From the IMG/VR virus record IMGVR_UViG_3300015607_003363, positions 32,001 through 96,000 of that record: 64,000 nt of DNA, one strand, 5' to 3'. Source of the stretch: a virus (taxonomy: Duplodnaviria > Caudoviricetes). The translations under genes and the position numbers were made by a program. Under the pieces are notes generated by a model that saw only the letters and a program-made list of their open reading frames with translations, ran no database searches and was not told the DNA's origin. Every line of letters starts with the position of its first letter. Position 1 is the first letter of the stretch. Below are positions 47,998 through 56,701 of this stretch, piece after piece.

Positions 47998-48517
47998 GTG
48001 TAACATGCAGTATCCCAGATTTCCGAAGTACGTCAGCGGAATGTATGCTAAGGATTCGACAGTTTATGTCTTTCCATCGTATGCGGAATCTGACCTGTTT
48101 TCTCTGGAGATCTTTGTTGATGCTGATAAGGCTGGTAAGACTTTTAAATGTACAGCGTGCGATCATGACAATAAGCCTATTATCATCCCTAATGATAAAA
48201 TAGTAAGCAGTATCATAATGAATGATTTTGCCAAGATTGTGGAAATAATTTCTCAGATCAGATTGCCATCGTGTTATCTCTTTTATAGTCGAGTTACGGC
48301 CCAATTAGTCGAAGTAGCAGACGATAAGCAGCGTCTGATATCACCCGGATTTATGAGCGATTTATTCAGTAAAGCAGTTAATGTGTTAAAGCCGCTTGAG
48401 CTAGTAGTAATTAAGGAGCCGACCGATCTGGACAAATTTCAGAATGTAATATTTAAACCGGCATTGATGTCTAGGGCATTCGGTGTAACTAAGATAACAT
48501 ATACTAGGAAAGACTAA
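47939..48517 (+). CDS. hypothetical protein (likely start 48005)
   Basis: AGGTG RBS before ATG 48005. Confidence 0.5.
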   Translation: MSILCLALIRRLESKSLTFRCNMQYPRFPKYVSGMYAKDSTVYVFPSYAESDLFSLEIFVDADKAGKTFKCTACDHDNKPIIIPNDKIVSSIIMNDFAKIVEIISQIRLPSCYLFYSRVTAQLVEVADDKQRLISPGFMSDLFSKAVNVLKPLELVVIKEPTDLDKFQNVIFKPALMSRAFGVTKITYTRKD

Positions 48518-50449
48518 GTGCATCAATACATTAATAATGGATCTAGAACTATATACCTAATTGGCCCTGCTGGTGAACGTGTCGCTATGGTTCCCGGCAA
48601 GCCAGAGACTTTGCCTGAATTTTTCGAAATATACGTTAGACGACATAAGATAGCCAAACTAAATCAGCCAGTTCAACAAAAGCAAGCGATTCAGCCCATG
48701 AGTAAGAGAAGAGTCCAGCCGGTACAGCCAAGACACATTGTGACCGTAAAGCCGAATCGCATTTCTGCTAATCGGTTAGTGGAAGAGGCACCCAGACAAA
48801 CAATTGTTCCACAGGATCGTCAGAACAGAGTCAGATCGACAATAGTTAGTAGGCCAAAATCTGCTACTCCTGTGACCGCTGTGCGTAGGCCTTCTAATCG
48901 TTCCAGACGACCGGTGGTGGGTAGGACGCTTGATGTCAATGCTATAAAGCATCTTAATGAAATACTGACTATTGATCAATATCCGATTAGCAATGGAATA
49001 GGTGTCGGTATTTTGTCGTATAATCGGCCATTAGCACTTAAGAGGCTTGTAGAATCAATTCGACGATTCACTAGATTGAATAATACGACCATTTTCATTT
49101 CTGATGATGCTTCTACTAATCCGGAATTGCTTGAGTACTTACGAGAGCTAAAACGCCAGAGTGATTTTATAATCATAACCAACAGTACTAGGCTTGGAAT
49201 TGCCGGAAATTCCAATCGTCTGTTGCAATGCCTACAGAGATTCGATCATTGTCTGTTGTTGAATGATGATGTAGAGGTAAAGGCAAATGGTTGGGATGTT
49301 TGGTACAGGGATTCGTGCCTCAAGACTGGCATGCATCATTTCTGTTACCGAGAGCCGGGTGTATATGGAGCCGTTTCTGGCAATTCAATAAAAATGAACG
49401 GGCTGGAGTTGCGAGTCGTATTAGATAAGCCGCATGGGGCAGTTCTAGCTTTTACTAATTATGCTTTTAAGCAAGTTGGCTATTTTGATGAGTCCTTTGG
49501 CGTTTACGGCTTTGAGCATGTTGATTGGTCATCTAGACTTCAGGCATCCAATTCCATACCCGGCTTTTTCGATGTTTCTGGATCTAACAATTTTTTCAAG
49601 ATTCATCCAGAAGTCTCTGCTGTAGAAAATAGGCATGAGAATTATGCCAAGGCCAAGGCGATATGGTCCAGCAAGAAACTGTCCAGCCGATATCTAGAAT
49701 GTCCCTCTGCTCCTCTGGACAGCATCTCTTATGTTATTCCCTATCGTGATATTGGTAGAGTTGGTTCGATTGTGGATGTTGTTGATAATATAAGAGCGCA
49801 ACGGTTTCCTGTTATCGATATCGTTGTGTCTGAACATGATACAGTTAGAAAATGTCCTGATGTGGCGGCTAGGCATATTTTAGAGACACGTAATGGCCAT
49901 TTGCCATTTAATAAGTCTATTGCGTTTAATAAGGGCGTTTATTCTGCATTGAATAATAAGATCGTTTTGCATGATGCAGACATGCTGGTGCCTGTGAATT
50001 ATACAGCTAAGGTCTATAATCTACTCGATTCTTACGAATCATGTCATATTGGTAAAACTGTTGCATATTTGGAGCAGGAGTCGTCGGAATTTGTTCATAA
50101 GAATAAGCTAGTCGTACATGGAATGTCTACGGGTAGAGTTATTGGGTATTTTGAGGGCGGCTCTCTGGCATGTACCAAGTCTGCTTATTCCAAGGTTGGC
50201 GGATTTAACGAGTCATTTGTCGGTTATGGAGTGGAGGATTGTGAATTCTATGAGCGATTGTCATCGAGCACGAAATGGCACGGCGATCGAACAGAGAACC
50301 TAATCCACTTATGGCATCCCAGATCGGCAGAATGGAACAGTTGTCACATCAAGAACACAGAGATATATAATGGATTGAAGAAGCTATCGCTCGATCAGCG
50401 CATAGCTGCTCTGAGACGGTCTTTGATGGACAACGGATTCATTTCATGA
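48518..50449 (+). CDS. double GT-A (GT2/GT7-like) glycosyltransferase with basic N-terminal extension
   Basis: ILSYNRP...SDDAS...LLNDD...VGYFDESF..YGFEH; second domain IPYRD...FNKS.AFNKG...HDAD...GGFNESF.GYG.ED. Confidence 0.85.
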   Translation: MHQYINNGSRTIYLIGPAGERVAMVPGKPETLPEFFEIYVRRHKIAKLNQPVQQKQAIQPMSKRRVQPVQPRHIVTVKPNRISANRLVEEAPRQTIVPQDRQNRVRSTIVSRPKSATPVTAVRRPSNRSRRPVVGRTLDVNAIKHLNEILTIDQYPISNGIGVGILSYNRPLALKRLVESIRRFTRLNNTTIFISDDASTNPELLEYLRELKRQSDFIIITNSTRLGIAGNSNRLLQCLQRFDHCLLLNDDVEVKANGWDVWYRDSCLKTGMHHFCYREPGVYGAVSGNSIKMNGLELRVVLDKPHGAVLAFTNYAFKQVGYFDESFGVYGFEHVDWSSRLQASNSIPGFFDVSGSNNFFKIHPEVSAVENRHENYAKAKAIWSSKKLSSRYLECPSAPLDSISYVIPYRDIGRVGSIVDVVDNIRAQRFPVIDIVVSEHDTVRKCPDVAARHILETRNGHLPFNKSIAFNKGVYSALNNKIVLHDADMLVPVNYTAKVYNLLDSYESCHIGKTVAYLEQESSEFVHKNKLVVHGMSTGRVIGYFEGGSLACTKSAYSKVGGFNESFVGYGVEDCEFYERLSSSTKWHGDRTENLIHLWHPRSAEWNSCHIKNTEIYNGLKKLSLDQRIAALRRSLMDNGFIS

Positions 50450-51411
50450 GATTATTATTGACACATAAGCCCGGTGGCGCTTATGGAATTATTTCCGAGT
50501 CGTGGGCGAACGCTGCCAAGGACATGGGAATAACAGTAGCCAGATGGAATGGCGATATTCATTCTTGGTTCTCTTTCAAACCGGATGTCTATATTGGCTG
50601 CAGTGGTCACAGACAACCTATTCCTGTCAATCATGGCGCTAAGATCGCTATCCATGTCAATCCTATTGACAAGAAGTGTGGATTTGATGATTCCTCAGAA
50701 GCAGCCGAGTGGGTCGTAAGACATAAGCCAGATGTTGTTTTCGGATATGCTTTACCTTGTGATGCTCATTGGTGGGACAGATGGACTGGTAGATACAATA
50801 TTCCTTTTGTCCCCATGGCGACTGCCGGGGACATCACGCTTTATAAGCCAGATTATGCGATTCCTGATTCGATCGATCTGGCTTATGTTGGCGGCTACTG
50901 GCCTTATAAGGCCAAATCAATCGATAAATTCTTGATTCCTGCGATTAAGCAATTTAACTCTCAGGTCTATGGGTGGGGTAACTGGCCAGTCGCTGCTGGT
51001 CAAATTGAGGACAGTCAAATACCTGTTTTGTTGAATAAGGCAAAAGTCGGTCCTTGTATTTCCGAGCCGCATACGCATTCGTTGGGATTTGATTTGCCGG
51101 AGCGTGTGTTTAAAGTTATTCTTTCTGGTGCTATTCCTGTGCACGATCCTGCTTTAAACATAAACAAGATTGTTGATGGGATACCATCGGCAAAGTCACC
51201 TGATGATTTCGTTCATTTGTGTCGTGTCTGGATTGAAGCTCAGGAAACGGTGCGTAAGAAATTGTCATTCAAATTGGTTAAGAGTCTGGTGGAGAATGGT
51301 CATACTTACCACCATAGATTAGCTAATCTGCTGCGATTTCTTGGTTTTGAATACGTAAATATTGCTAAGGAGAAATGCGACGCATATCTCTCTAGCATTG
51401 GGAATCCTTGA
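50446..51411 (+). CDS. CgeB-like GT-B glycosyltransferase
   Basis: DLAYVGG, ERVFKVILSG, HTYHHRL. Confidence 0.7.
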   Translation: MRLLLTHKPGGAYGIISESWANAAKDMGITVARWNGDIHSWFSFKPDVYIGCSGHRQPIPVNHGAKIAIHVNPIDKKCGFDDSSEAAEWVVRHKPDVVFGYALPCDAHWWDRWTGRYNIPFVPMATAGDITLYKPDYAIPDSIDLAYVGGYWPYKAKSIDKFLIPAIKQFNSQVYGWGNWPVAAGQIEDSQIPVLLNKAKVGPCISEPHTHSLGFDLPERVFKVILSGAIPVHDPALNINKIVDGIPSAKSPDDFVHLCRVWIEAQETVRKKLSFKLVKSLVENGHTYHHRLANLLRFLGFEYVNIAKEKCDAYLSSIGNP

Positions 51412-52415
51412 TAACAAGCTGTTTAGGAAGAAACATGAGTAAGTGTGCATTGATTACTGGCATATCTGGCCAGACTGGTTCGTATCTCGCTGAGCTTCTC
51501 TTGTCTAAGGGTTATGAAGTTCATGGAATCGTAAGGAGAACCACAGCGAACGATAAGTTTCATAGGCTGACTACGATTCTTCATGATTTGGTCATTCATG
51601 ATGGCGATCTGCTCGACCAAGGCTCTTTAGAAAAAGCAATAAAGGCAGCTAACCCCGACGAGATTTACAATTTGGCTGCTCAGAGTTTCGTTGGCACAAG
51701 CTGGACGCAACCGGGTCTGACAGCTATGACGACTGGCCTTGGTACTCTTAATGTTCTGGAGGCAATGAGGAAATATGCGAAGGATGCTCGATTTTATCAG
51801 GCTTCAACTAGCGAGTTGTTTGGTGAGGTCAAGGAGACACCACAGGACGAGGATACTCCTTTCTACCCGCGAAGCCCCTACGGTGCTGCAAAGGCGTATG
51901 CTCACTACATCACGGTGAATTATCGTGAATCGCACGGTCTTTTCGCTTCTTGTGGCATTGCCTATAATCATGAATCGCCACGAAGAGGCACTGAGTTCGT
52001 TACCAGAAAGATTACAAAGGCTGTGGCCGACATTGTCGCTAAGAAACAGTCAGAGGTCAGGCTTGGCAACTTAGAAGCAAAGCGTGACTGGATGTCTGCC
52101 AAATGTGCTGCGCGGGCCATGTGGATGATTCTACAGCATGATAAGCCGGATGATTTCGTCATTGGTACAGGCGAGACGTGGTCAGTCAGGCAGTTCGCTG
52201 AGGCGGCTTTCAATTATGTTGATTTGGATTATAGAGATTATGTCGTTGAAGATGCTTCTCTGATTCGTCCTGCTGAAGTTGACATCTTATTGGCCGATCC
52301 TACCAAGATTAGGGCTGTTCTAGGATGGAAACCTGAGATGTCGTTTGCACAGCTGGTGGAATGGATGGTACAAAGTGATTTGAAATTGAATGGTGTATGT
52401 TGTAATCAAAAATAA
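51408..52415 (+). CDS. gmd: GDP-mannose 4,6-dehydratase (likely start 51435)
   Basis: ALITGISGQ.GSYLAE, YNLAAQSFV, QASTSELFG, PRSPYGAAK, NHESPRRG.EFVTRKI, LGNL.AKRDW, RPAEVD.L. Confidence 0.95.
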   Translation: MITSCLGRNMSKCALITGISGQTGSYLAELLLSKGYEVHGIVRRTTANDKFHRLTTILHDLVIHDGDLLDQGSLEKAIKAANPDEIYNLAAQSFVGTSWTQPGLTAMTTGLGTLNVLEAMRKYAKDARFYQASTSELFGEVKETPQDEDTPFYPRSPYGAAKAYAHYITVNYRESHGLFASCGIAYNHESPRRGTEFVTRKITKAVADIVAKKQSEVRLGNLEAKRDWMSAKCAARAMWMILQHDKPDDFVIGTGETWSVRQFAEAAFNYVDLDYRDYVVEDASLIRPAEVDILLADPTKIRAVLGWKPEMSFAQLVEWMVQSDLKLNGVCCNQK

Positions 52416-52445
52416 TGTGAATAGTTCTCGTAAGGAATAAAAACC

Positions 52446-52835
52446 ATGGCTGCTCAACCACTCAATGCGGACATTTCTGTTCGTTACAACATCAGATCGT
52501 ATCGCTCCGTTAAGAGGTCCGATACTGTTGCCGCTGGCATCTACCGTCTGCGACCATTGAATGTGGCAGTGCCCGGTATTGATGGTATCAAGGCTGAAGT
52601 TCAGACCCGCGATACCTCCAAGGCCGATTTCTCGCCATATGCTTCCGCTGGCTTCCCAATTGTCTACGGCCTTCATGGCGAGACTTCCTTCAAGGATATG
52701 GTGGACAATATCGCTGGTGCTGGGTTCGCCTTCAAGATTGGCACTGATAAGTTCATCCCACAAGCTGATAGTGCTTTGGAAGATGATATGTACGGCAGTG
52801 CTAAGACTGTGGATGCCACCTACGCCGCGGTATAA
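52446..52835 (+). CDS. hypothetical, probably virion protein
   Basis: Strong AAGGA RBS, own terminator, precedes the neck genes. Confidence 0.55.
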   Translation: MAAQPLNADISVRYNIRSYRSVKRSDTVAAGIYRLRPLNVAVPGIDGIKAEVQTRDTSKADFSPYASAGFPIVYGLHGETSFKDMVDNIAGAGFAFKIGTDKFIPQADSALEDDMYGSAKTVDATYAAV

Positions 52836-52849
52836 TTAATTCGATCTTG

Positions 52850-52878
52850 AAATAGCCCAGAGTAATCTGGGCTATTTT
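52850..52878 (+). terminator. intrinsic terminator
   Basis: AAATAGCCCAGA-GTAA-TCTGGGCTATTTT. Confidence 0.85.
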
Positions 52879-52916
52879 CGTATACAAAATTACAAAGAAT
52901 CATAGAGGTACATGAT

Positions 52917-53453
52917 ATGTCGTTTGTTCAATTCACTGCTGAGATAAGCTTCGCTGAAACTGGAGACAGTAGAACTGCAAGATACGCTAGAATGAAAAAG
53001 CTTTCCATGAATTTATACAATCTGCTGTCAGCTGAGAGCAGTATCAACATGCCTAGGCCAGCTAGTGGGCATGATGTCAAGGCTAACGGCTGGTCATTAT
53101 CGCGATTAATATCGGGAATGAAATATGTTCCACAGTTTGGCGATTCACCGGCTAAATTGACTATGGTAGCTATTCATGATCTTGATCGTGAATTGCCGAA
53201 CCCTTATGAAGACACGTTGGTTTTGGCTCATGGTGAATACTATGAGGGCTATCTGGCTACTGTACAAAAAGCAGCTGTAGGCAATCTGCAGGCCAGTTTC
53301 ATGGCTTGTGTTAAAGAGGTCTACGATATACTGGTCACTGCTGTCAATTCATTGAATAGTGACCATGACGCTGGTGCATCTGTCTTCAGGCTTGAGTATG
53401 CCGGAATCAATTTTGGTGGTCTGGTAAGAGGCTATCATTTCCCAAGAGATTAA
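52917..53453 (+). CDS. hypothetical protein (structural region)
   Basis: GAGG RBS, 178 aa. Confidence 0.55.
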   Translation: MSFVQFTAEISFAETGDSRTARYARMKKLSMNLYNLLSAESSINMPRPASGHDVKANGWSLSRLISGMKYVPQFGDSPAKLTMVAIHDLDRELPNPYEDTLVLAHGEYYEGYLATVQKAAVGNLQASFMACVKEVYDILVTAVNSLNSDHDAGASVFRLEYAGINFGGLVRGYHFPRD

Positions 53454-53455
53454 TC

Positions 53456-54229
53456 ATGGCCATCATTGGACCACCAGACCTGCCGGTCGTAGTCAAATTG
53501 CCCGGCAGGGAAAACAACCAGATGAAGAGATGGGTTTGTGCCAAGCTCGGATTCCCTGTTACCTTACCAGAATTAACAGAAGACCAGTTTGAAATTGCCG
53601 AGAAATCAGCGCTTGATTTCATAGCTGGATATTTTCCTCGCGAACAGAAACTGGCGGTCTTTTATACTAAGCCGATGCAGAATACCTATCCTATGCCAGA
53701 TGATGCATATTGGATAGAGACTGTCTCTTGGGACCCTGCTCTAACCAATCTATTTGACATTTTTAATGCTGAAACGTTCCTGTTCAATTCGGGCTATCTG
53801 GCCGGTGTGAACGGTATGCTTCTTGATTACCACTTATTGCAGGCCTATCAGAAGTTTTCGAGGCGAGTCTTGTCTGTAGAAGGAAAATGGGAAGTAATAA
53901 ATGAAGGAGGTCCGGACGGACCCGGTAAGCAGCTGATTAGACTCTATCCGACTCCAAGAGGGGCGTTTCCTGTCCTTGTGCTGTACTATCCTGTAGTCAC
54001 TTACTTCAGAAGTCCGCAGGCCAGAGCGATAGCTTATGACTATATGCTAGCAGAATGTAAAGAAATGCTTGCTGCCAGTCGTAGGAAGATAGCAAACATG
54101 CCCGGTCCGAATGGTGGCAATATTTCATTGGATGGTGACCAGCTGATGCAGGAAGCCATAGCGATGAAGGCCGATCTCGTAACAAGGGCTATAAATCAAG
54201 GCGAGCCAATGCAGTTTATCATCTACTAA
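53456..54229 (+). CDS. neck protein (T4 gp13-like)
   Basis: KLGFPV...EL..DQ...AL; Y.LAECKEML...RRK...PGPNGG.I.LDG..L..EA. Confidence 0.75.
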   Translation: MAIIGPPDLPVVVKLPGRENNQMKRWVCAKLGFPVTLPELTEDQFEIAEKSALDFIAGYFPREQKLAVFYTKPMQNTYPMPDDAYWIETVSWDPALTNLFDIFNAETFLFNSGYLAGVNGMLLDYHLLQAYQKFSRRVLSVEGKWEVINEGGPDGPGKQLIRLYPTPRGAFPVLVLYYPVVTYFRSPQARAIAYDYMLAECKEMLAASRRKIANMPGPNGGNISLDGDQLMQEAIAMKADLVTRAINQGEPMQFIIY

Positions 54230-54244
54230 CGAAGAGTAGTCATA

Positions 54245-54697
54245 ATGCCCAATGATGCGACTTATTCTTTGAAGATTTCCATTCTAGCCAATGATACTAT
54301 TATCATTCCCGGCTGTGAATTTGCTACTTCTGTCACTTCTACTACTTATAATGCTAACGACATGCAAGGTTGTACTGTTCCAACCTTGAGTGTAAAGAAG
54401 GTTCTTGCTGCCATTCCCGGTAGCAAAGTAGTCAGGTTGTCCAATGGTACCGGAATTCCGACCAACAGGTTTTTACAGCTTCCTGAATCGTATGCTGGTT
54501 TGTGTTGTCTAAACCCAACTGACTGGTACAAGATATTACGTGATTTGGCGGCGATTCCTGATGATCTTGCGCCCGATTATGATAGCTGTCGGGTTGTCAA
54601 TTACGATCCCGCTTATGATAATTATTGTGCAACCGGTGCGAAACGTCCAAGCAGTCCATATATCACTGACCCTAGTTCCATATTTTCTGTCAATTAA
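54245..54697 (+). CDS. hypothetical virion protein
   Basis: Within the structural module. Confidence 0.5.
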   Translation: MPNDATYSLKISILANDTIIIPGCEFATSVTSTTYNANDMQGCTVPTLSVKKVLAAIPGSKVVRLSNGTGIPTNRFLQLPESYAGLCCLNPTDWYKILRDLAAIPDDLAPDYDSCRVVNYDPAYDNYCATGAKRPSSPYITDPSSIFSVN

Positions 54698-54705
54698 TAT
54701 AATAT

Positions 54706-55317
54706 ATGCTCCATGAATTCGCCGGTCAAACTACAAACCCTGATGTCGCTGCTATTTTACCAAGATCATTGGTTGATTATAGGACTGATATACAACAGAA
54801 GTACTCGATAATATCACAGCAGAATGAAAATTCGCCCGATATTGATATGGTCGGCTGTGTCAGTAAGGAAGTAGTGAGAATCAGCGGTGCTGAGATTCAG
54901 GTTTTCAGTCGCACTGACAATAACGACATTGACCATGTTTATCAAGAAGATCAGAACCCGACTTTTTATGCACCTATCCCGATCAAGGCGGTCTACAATG
55001 TACCGACTATAGCTGTTTCTAGTGAGACATGGGGTCCGGATGCGAAGGTGTCTTTTGATGTGTTCTTCTCATATCAGGAACTTCTTGAGGTGTTTGGTGA
55101 GAGAATGATCAGAATGGGCGACGTATTTAAGCTTCCATTGAATTTCGTCAAACCCGTAAAGATCAGGAACTTTGAGGTCACCTCTTCTTCTCCGCATCTT
55201 GTTTATATGAATCACTATGTATGGTGGAAATGCACAGTAATTAATATAACTGGCGATCCAGCCATTCGACCGGAGAAACGAGAGACTATTAGTATTGGTG
55301 ATCATGAACGCGAATGA
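54706..55317 (+). CDS. neck/head-closure protein (T4 gp14-like)
   Basis: D.VY.ED..P.F, WG, MGDVF pattern; position after the gp13-like gene. Confidence 0.55.
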   Translation: MLHEFAGQTTNPDVAAILPRSLVDYRTDIQQKYSIISQQNENSPDIDMVGCVSKEVVRISGAEIQVFSRTDNNDIDHVYQEDQNPTFYAPIPIKAVYNVPTIAVSSETWGPDAKVSFDVFFSYQELLEVFGERMIRMGDVFKLPLNFVKPVKIRNFEVTSSSPHLVYMNHYVWWKCTVINITGDPAIRPEKRETISIGDHERE

Positions 55318-55582
55318 GTTAATAGCTGCTATCGGTAGCGATGTCAACACTGTTTACGGTGATTTGACTGATGATGTCGTATGCCGAATTGAAGAACTCA
55401 TTATGTTGAGACTCGGCGATCATAGGAATTCTGTACGTGTAAAATGCGGAATTAATTGTCAGCAGGAAGGGCGATATGGGATTGATCTAGAGATTTCTGC
55501 TGACAATGAAGATTCTCTAGCCTTAGCTGAAATGGTTTCCAATGATGTTTTGAATTTATTGGAGGCGGAAAATGATTCATGA
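55295..55582 (+). CDS. hypothetical protein
   Basis: Operonic ORF. Confidence 0.45.
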   Translation: MVIMNANELIAAIGSDVNTVYGDLTDDVVCRIEELIMLRLGDHRNSVRVKCGINCQQEGRYGIDLEISADNEDSLALAEMVSNDVLNLLEAENDS

Positions 55583-56414
55583 TTTCAATAACTCTGTTAC
55601 ACAATTTAATAACGGCATATCTACTATGCCAACGCCGAATCACCCAATAGGTCTGACTCAGTTGTCTGATCTTAATACGCCAGTTATTGGCAGTATTTCG
55701 ATGCCTAAGCCCGGTCAGACTGATATATTGACCGGCAATCAAATGTGGACTGCTCCTTCTGATATTCATGATTTTACGGAGCCTGCTCTAAGACCGCTGG
55801 AAGAATCGATGAAGATGTTCTTTTCTGGCATTAGAGTCCCTTATAAGGACGGATATCGGATGCTGAGGATCAGGATTGCTAATCCTCAGCGTGCTCTAGC
55901 GATTTGGCGTGATGAGTTGCTGGATGGTCGTGCTACTATTCCGGTCGGAGCTATTATTCGTGGCGGGTTCGACTATGACCGGACTAGGTATGCTCCTCCA
56001 TACCATCCTATGGCCTATCGATATAATAATCGATCAGGATCTTCTGTATCCATGGTGTATAAGCCCACTCCGATCAATGTGACTTATAGCTTGTCTGTGA
56101 TGACTGAATCGAAGACCGATGAAGGCCATTGTATGACTTCGATCATGCGTCGATTTCAGTCTGGTATTGCCGAATTTGTTGTCAATAGTGCTTACTCTCA
56201 ATGGGTTGCTCGTGCCAATTATTCTGGCTCTGACACTCAAACTGAGCAGAGAGTTGATGATGGAGCTAAATCATTTGTTGTAACTGTATATAAGATGTCT
56301 GTGGAAGCTTGGCTTCCTCTGCCAGAGAGGTCAGTGCCTACTACTTTGGCCATCAACAGACAAATAGAGGCTGCAGACGGCACTACATTATTGCAGCAGA
56401 ACGCATGGGGCTAA
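55572..56414 (+). CDS. tail terminator/completion protein (T4 gp15-like)
   Basis: IP...I.R.GFDYD.TR, PTPINVTYSL, VEAWLP; lies upstream of the sheath gene. Confidence 0.55.
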   Translation: MIHDFNNSVTQFNNGISTMPTPNHPIGLTQLSDLNTPVIGSISMPKPGQTDILTGNQMWTAPSDIHDFTEPALRPLEESMKMFFSGIRVPYKDGYRMLRIRIANPQRALAIWRDELLDGRATIPVGAIIRGGFDYDRTRYAPPYHPMAYRYNNRSGSSVSMVYKPTPINVTYSLSVMTESKTDEGHCMTSIMRRFQSGIAEFVVNSAYSQWVARANYSGSDTQTEQRVDDGAKSFVVTVYKMSVEAWLPLPERSVPTTLAINRQIEAADGTTLLQQNAWG

Positions 56415-56415
56415 G

Positions 56416-56637
56416 ATGATTCGGAAAATCGATGAACAGGAAGAAGTTACCGTCTACAATAAATCTGGACAACTTATTTCGCTGCAATTGTCCGATGTTG
56501 GAGCTGATTTCTACCAGCAACAACAAGCTCATTTGATGGCCAATAAGACAATGACCATTCCCACTAAGTATCTTAATATCAATCAGATTAATAACTTGTT
56601 GATGAAAGGGTTTTTGTTGCTTGTGGCATCCAAATAG
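56416..56637 (+). CDS. hypothetical protein
   Basis: 73 aa ORF. Confidence 0.5.
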   Translation: MIRKIDEQEEVTVYNKSGQLISLQLSDVGADFYQQQQAHLMANKTMTIPTKYLNINQINNLLMKGFLLLVASK

Positions 56638-56648
56638 CTTTTATGTCT

Positions 56649-56698
56649 ATCACCCTGCTTTAGGCAAATTTGTAGTAGTTTCATGACAGCAGGGTGAT
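56649..56698 (+). promoter_or_regulatory. RBS-sequestering hairpin upstream of the tail sheath gene
   Basis: Perfect 11 bp inverted repeat ATCACCCTGCT / AGCAGGGTGAT; the 3' arm contains the SD and ends 3 nt before ATG 56702. Confidence 0.6.
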
Positions 56699-56701
56699 CA
56701 A

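Noticed and set aside
26635-52415. Host chromosomal LPS/O-antigen locus or cellular contig
   Set aside because: The sugar genes are scattered among T4-like replication and virion genes, with no cellular housekeeping operons.
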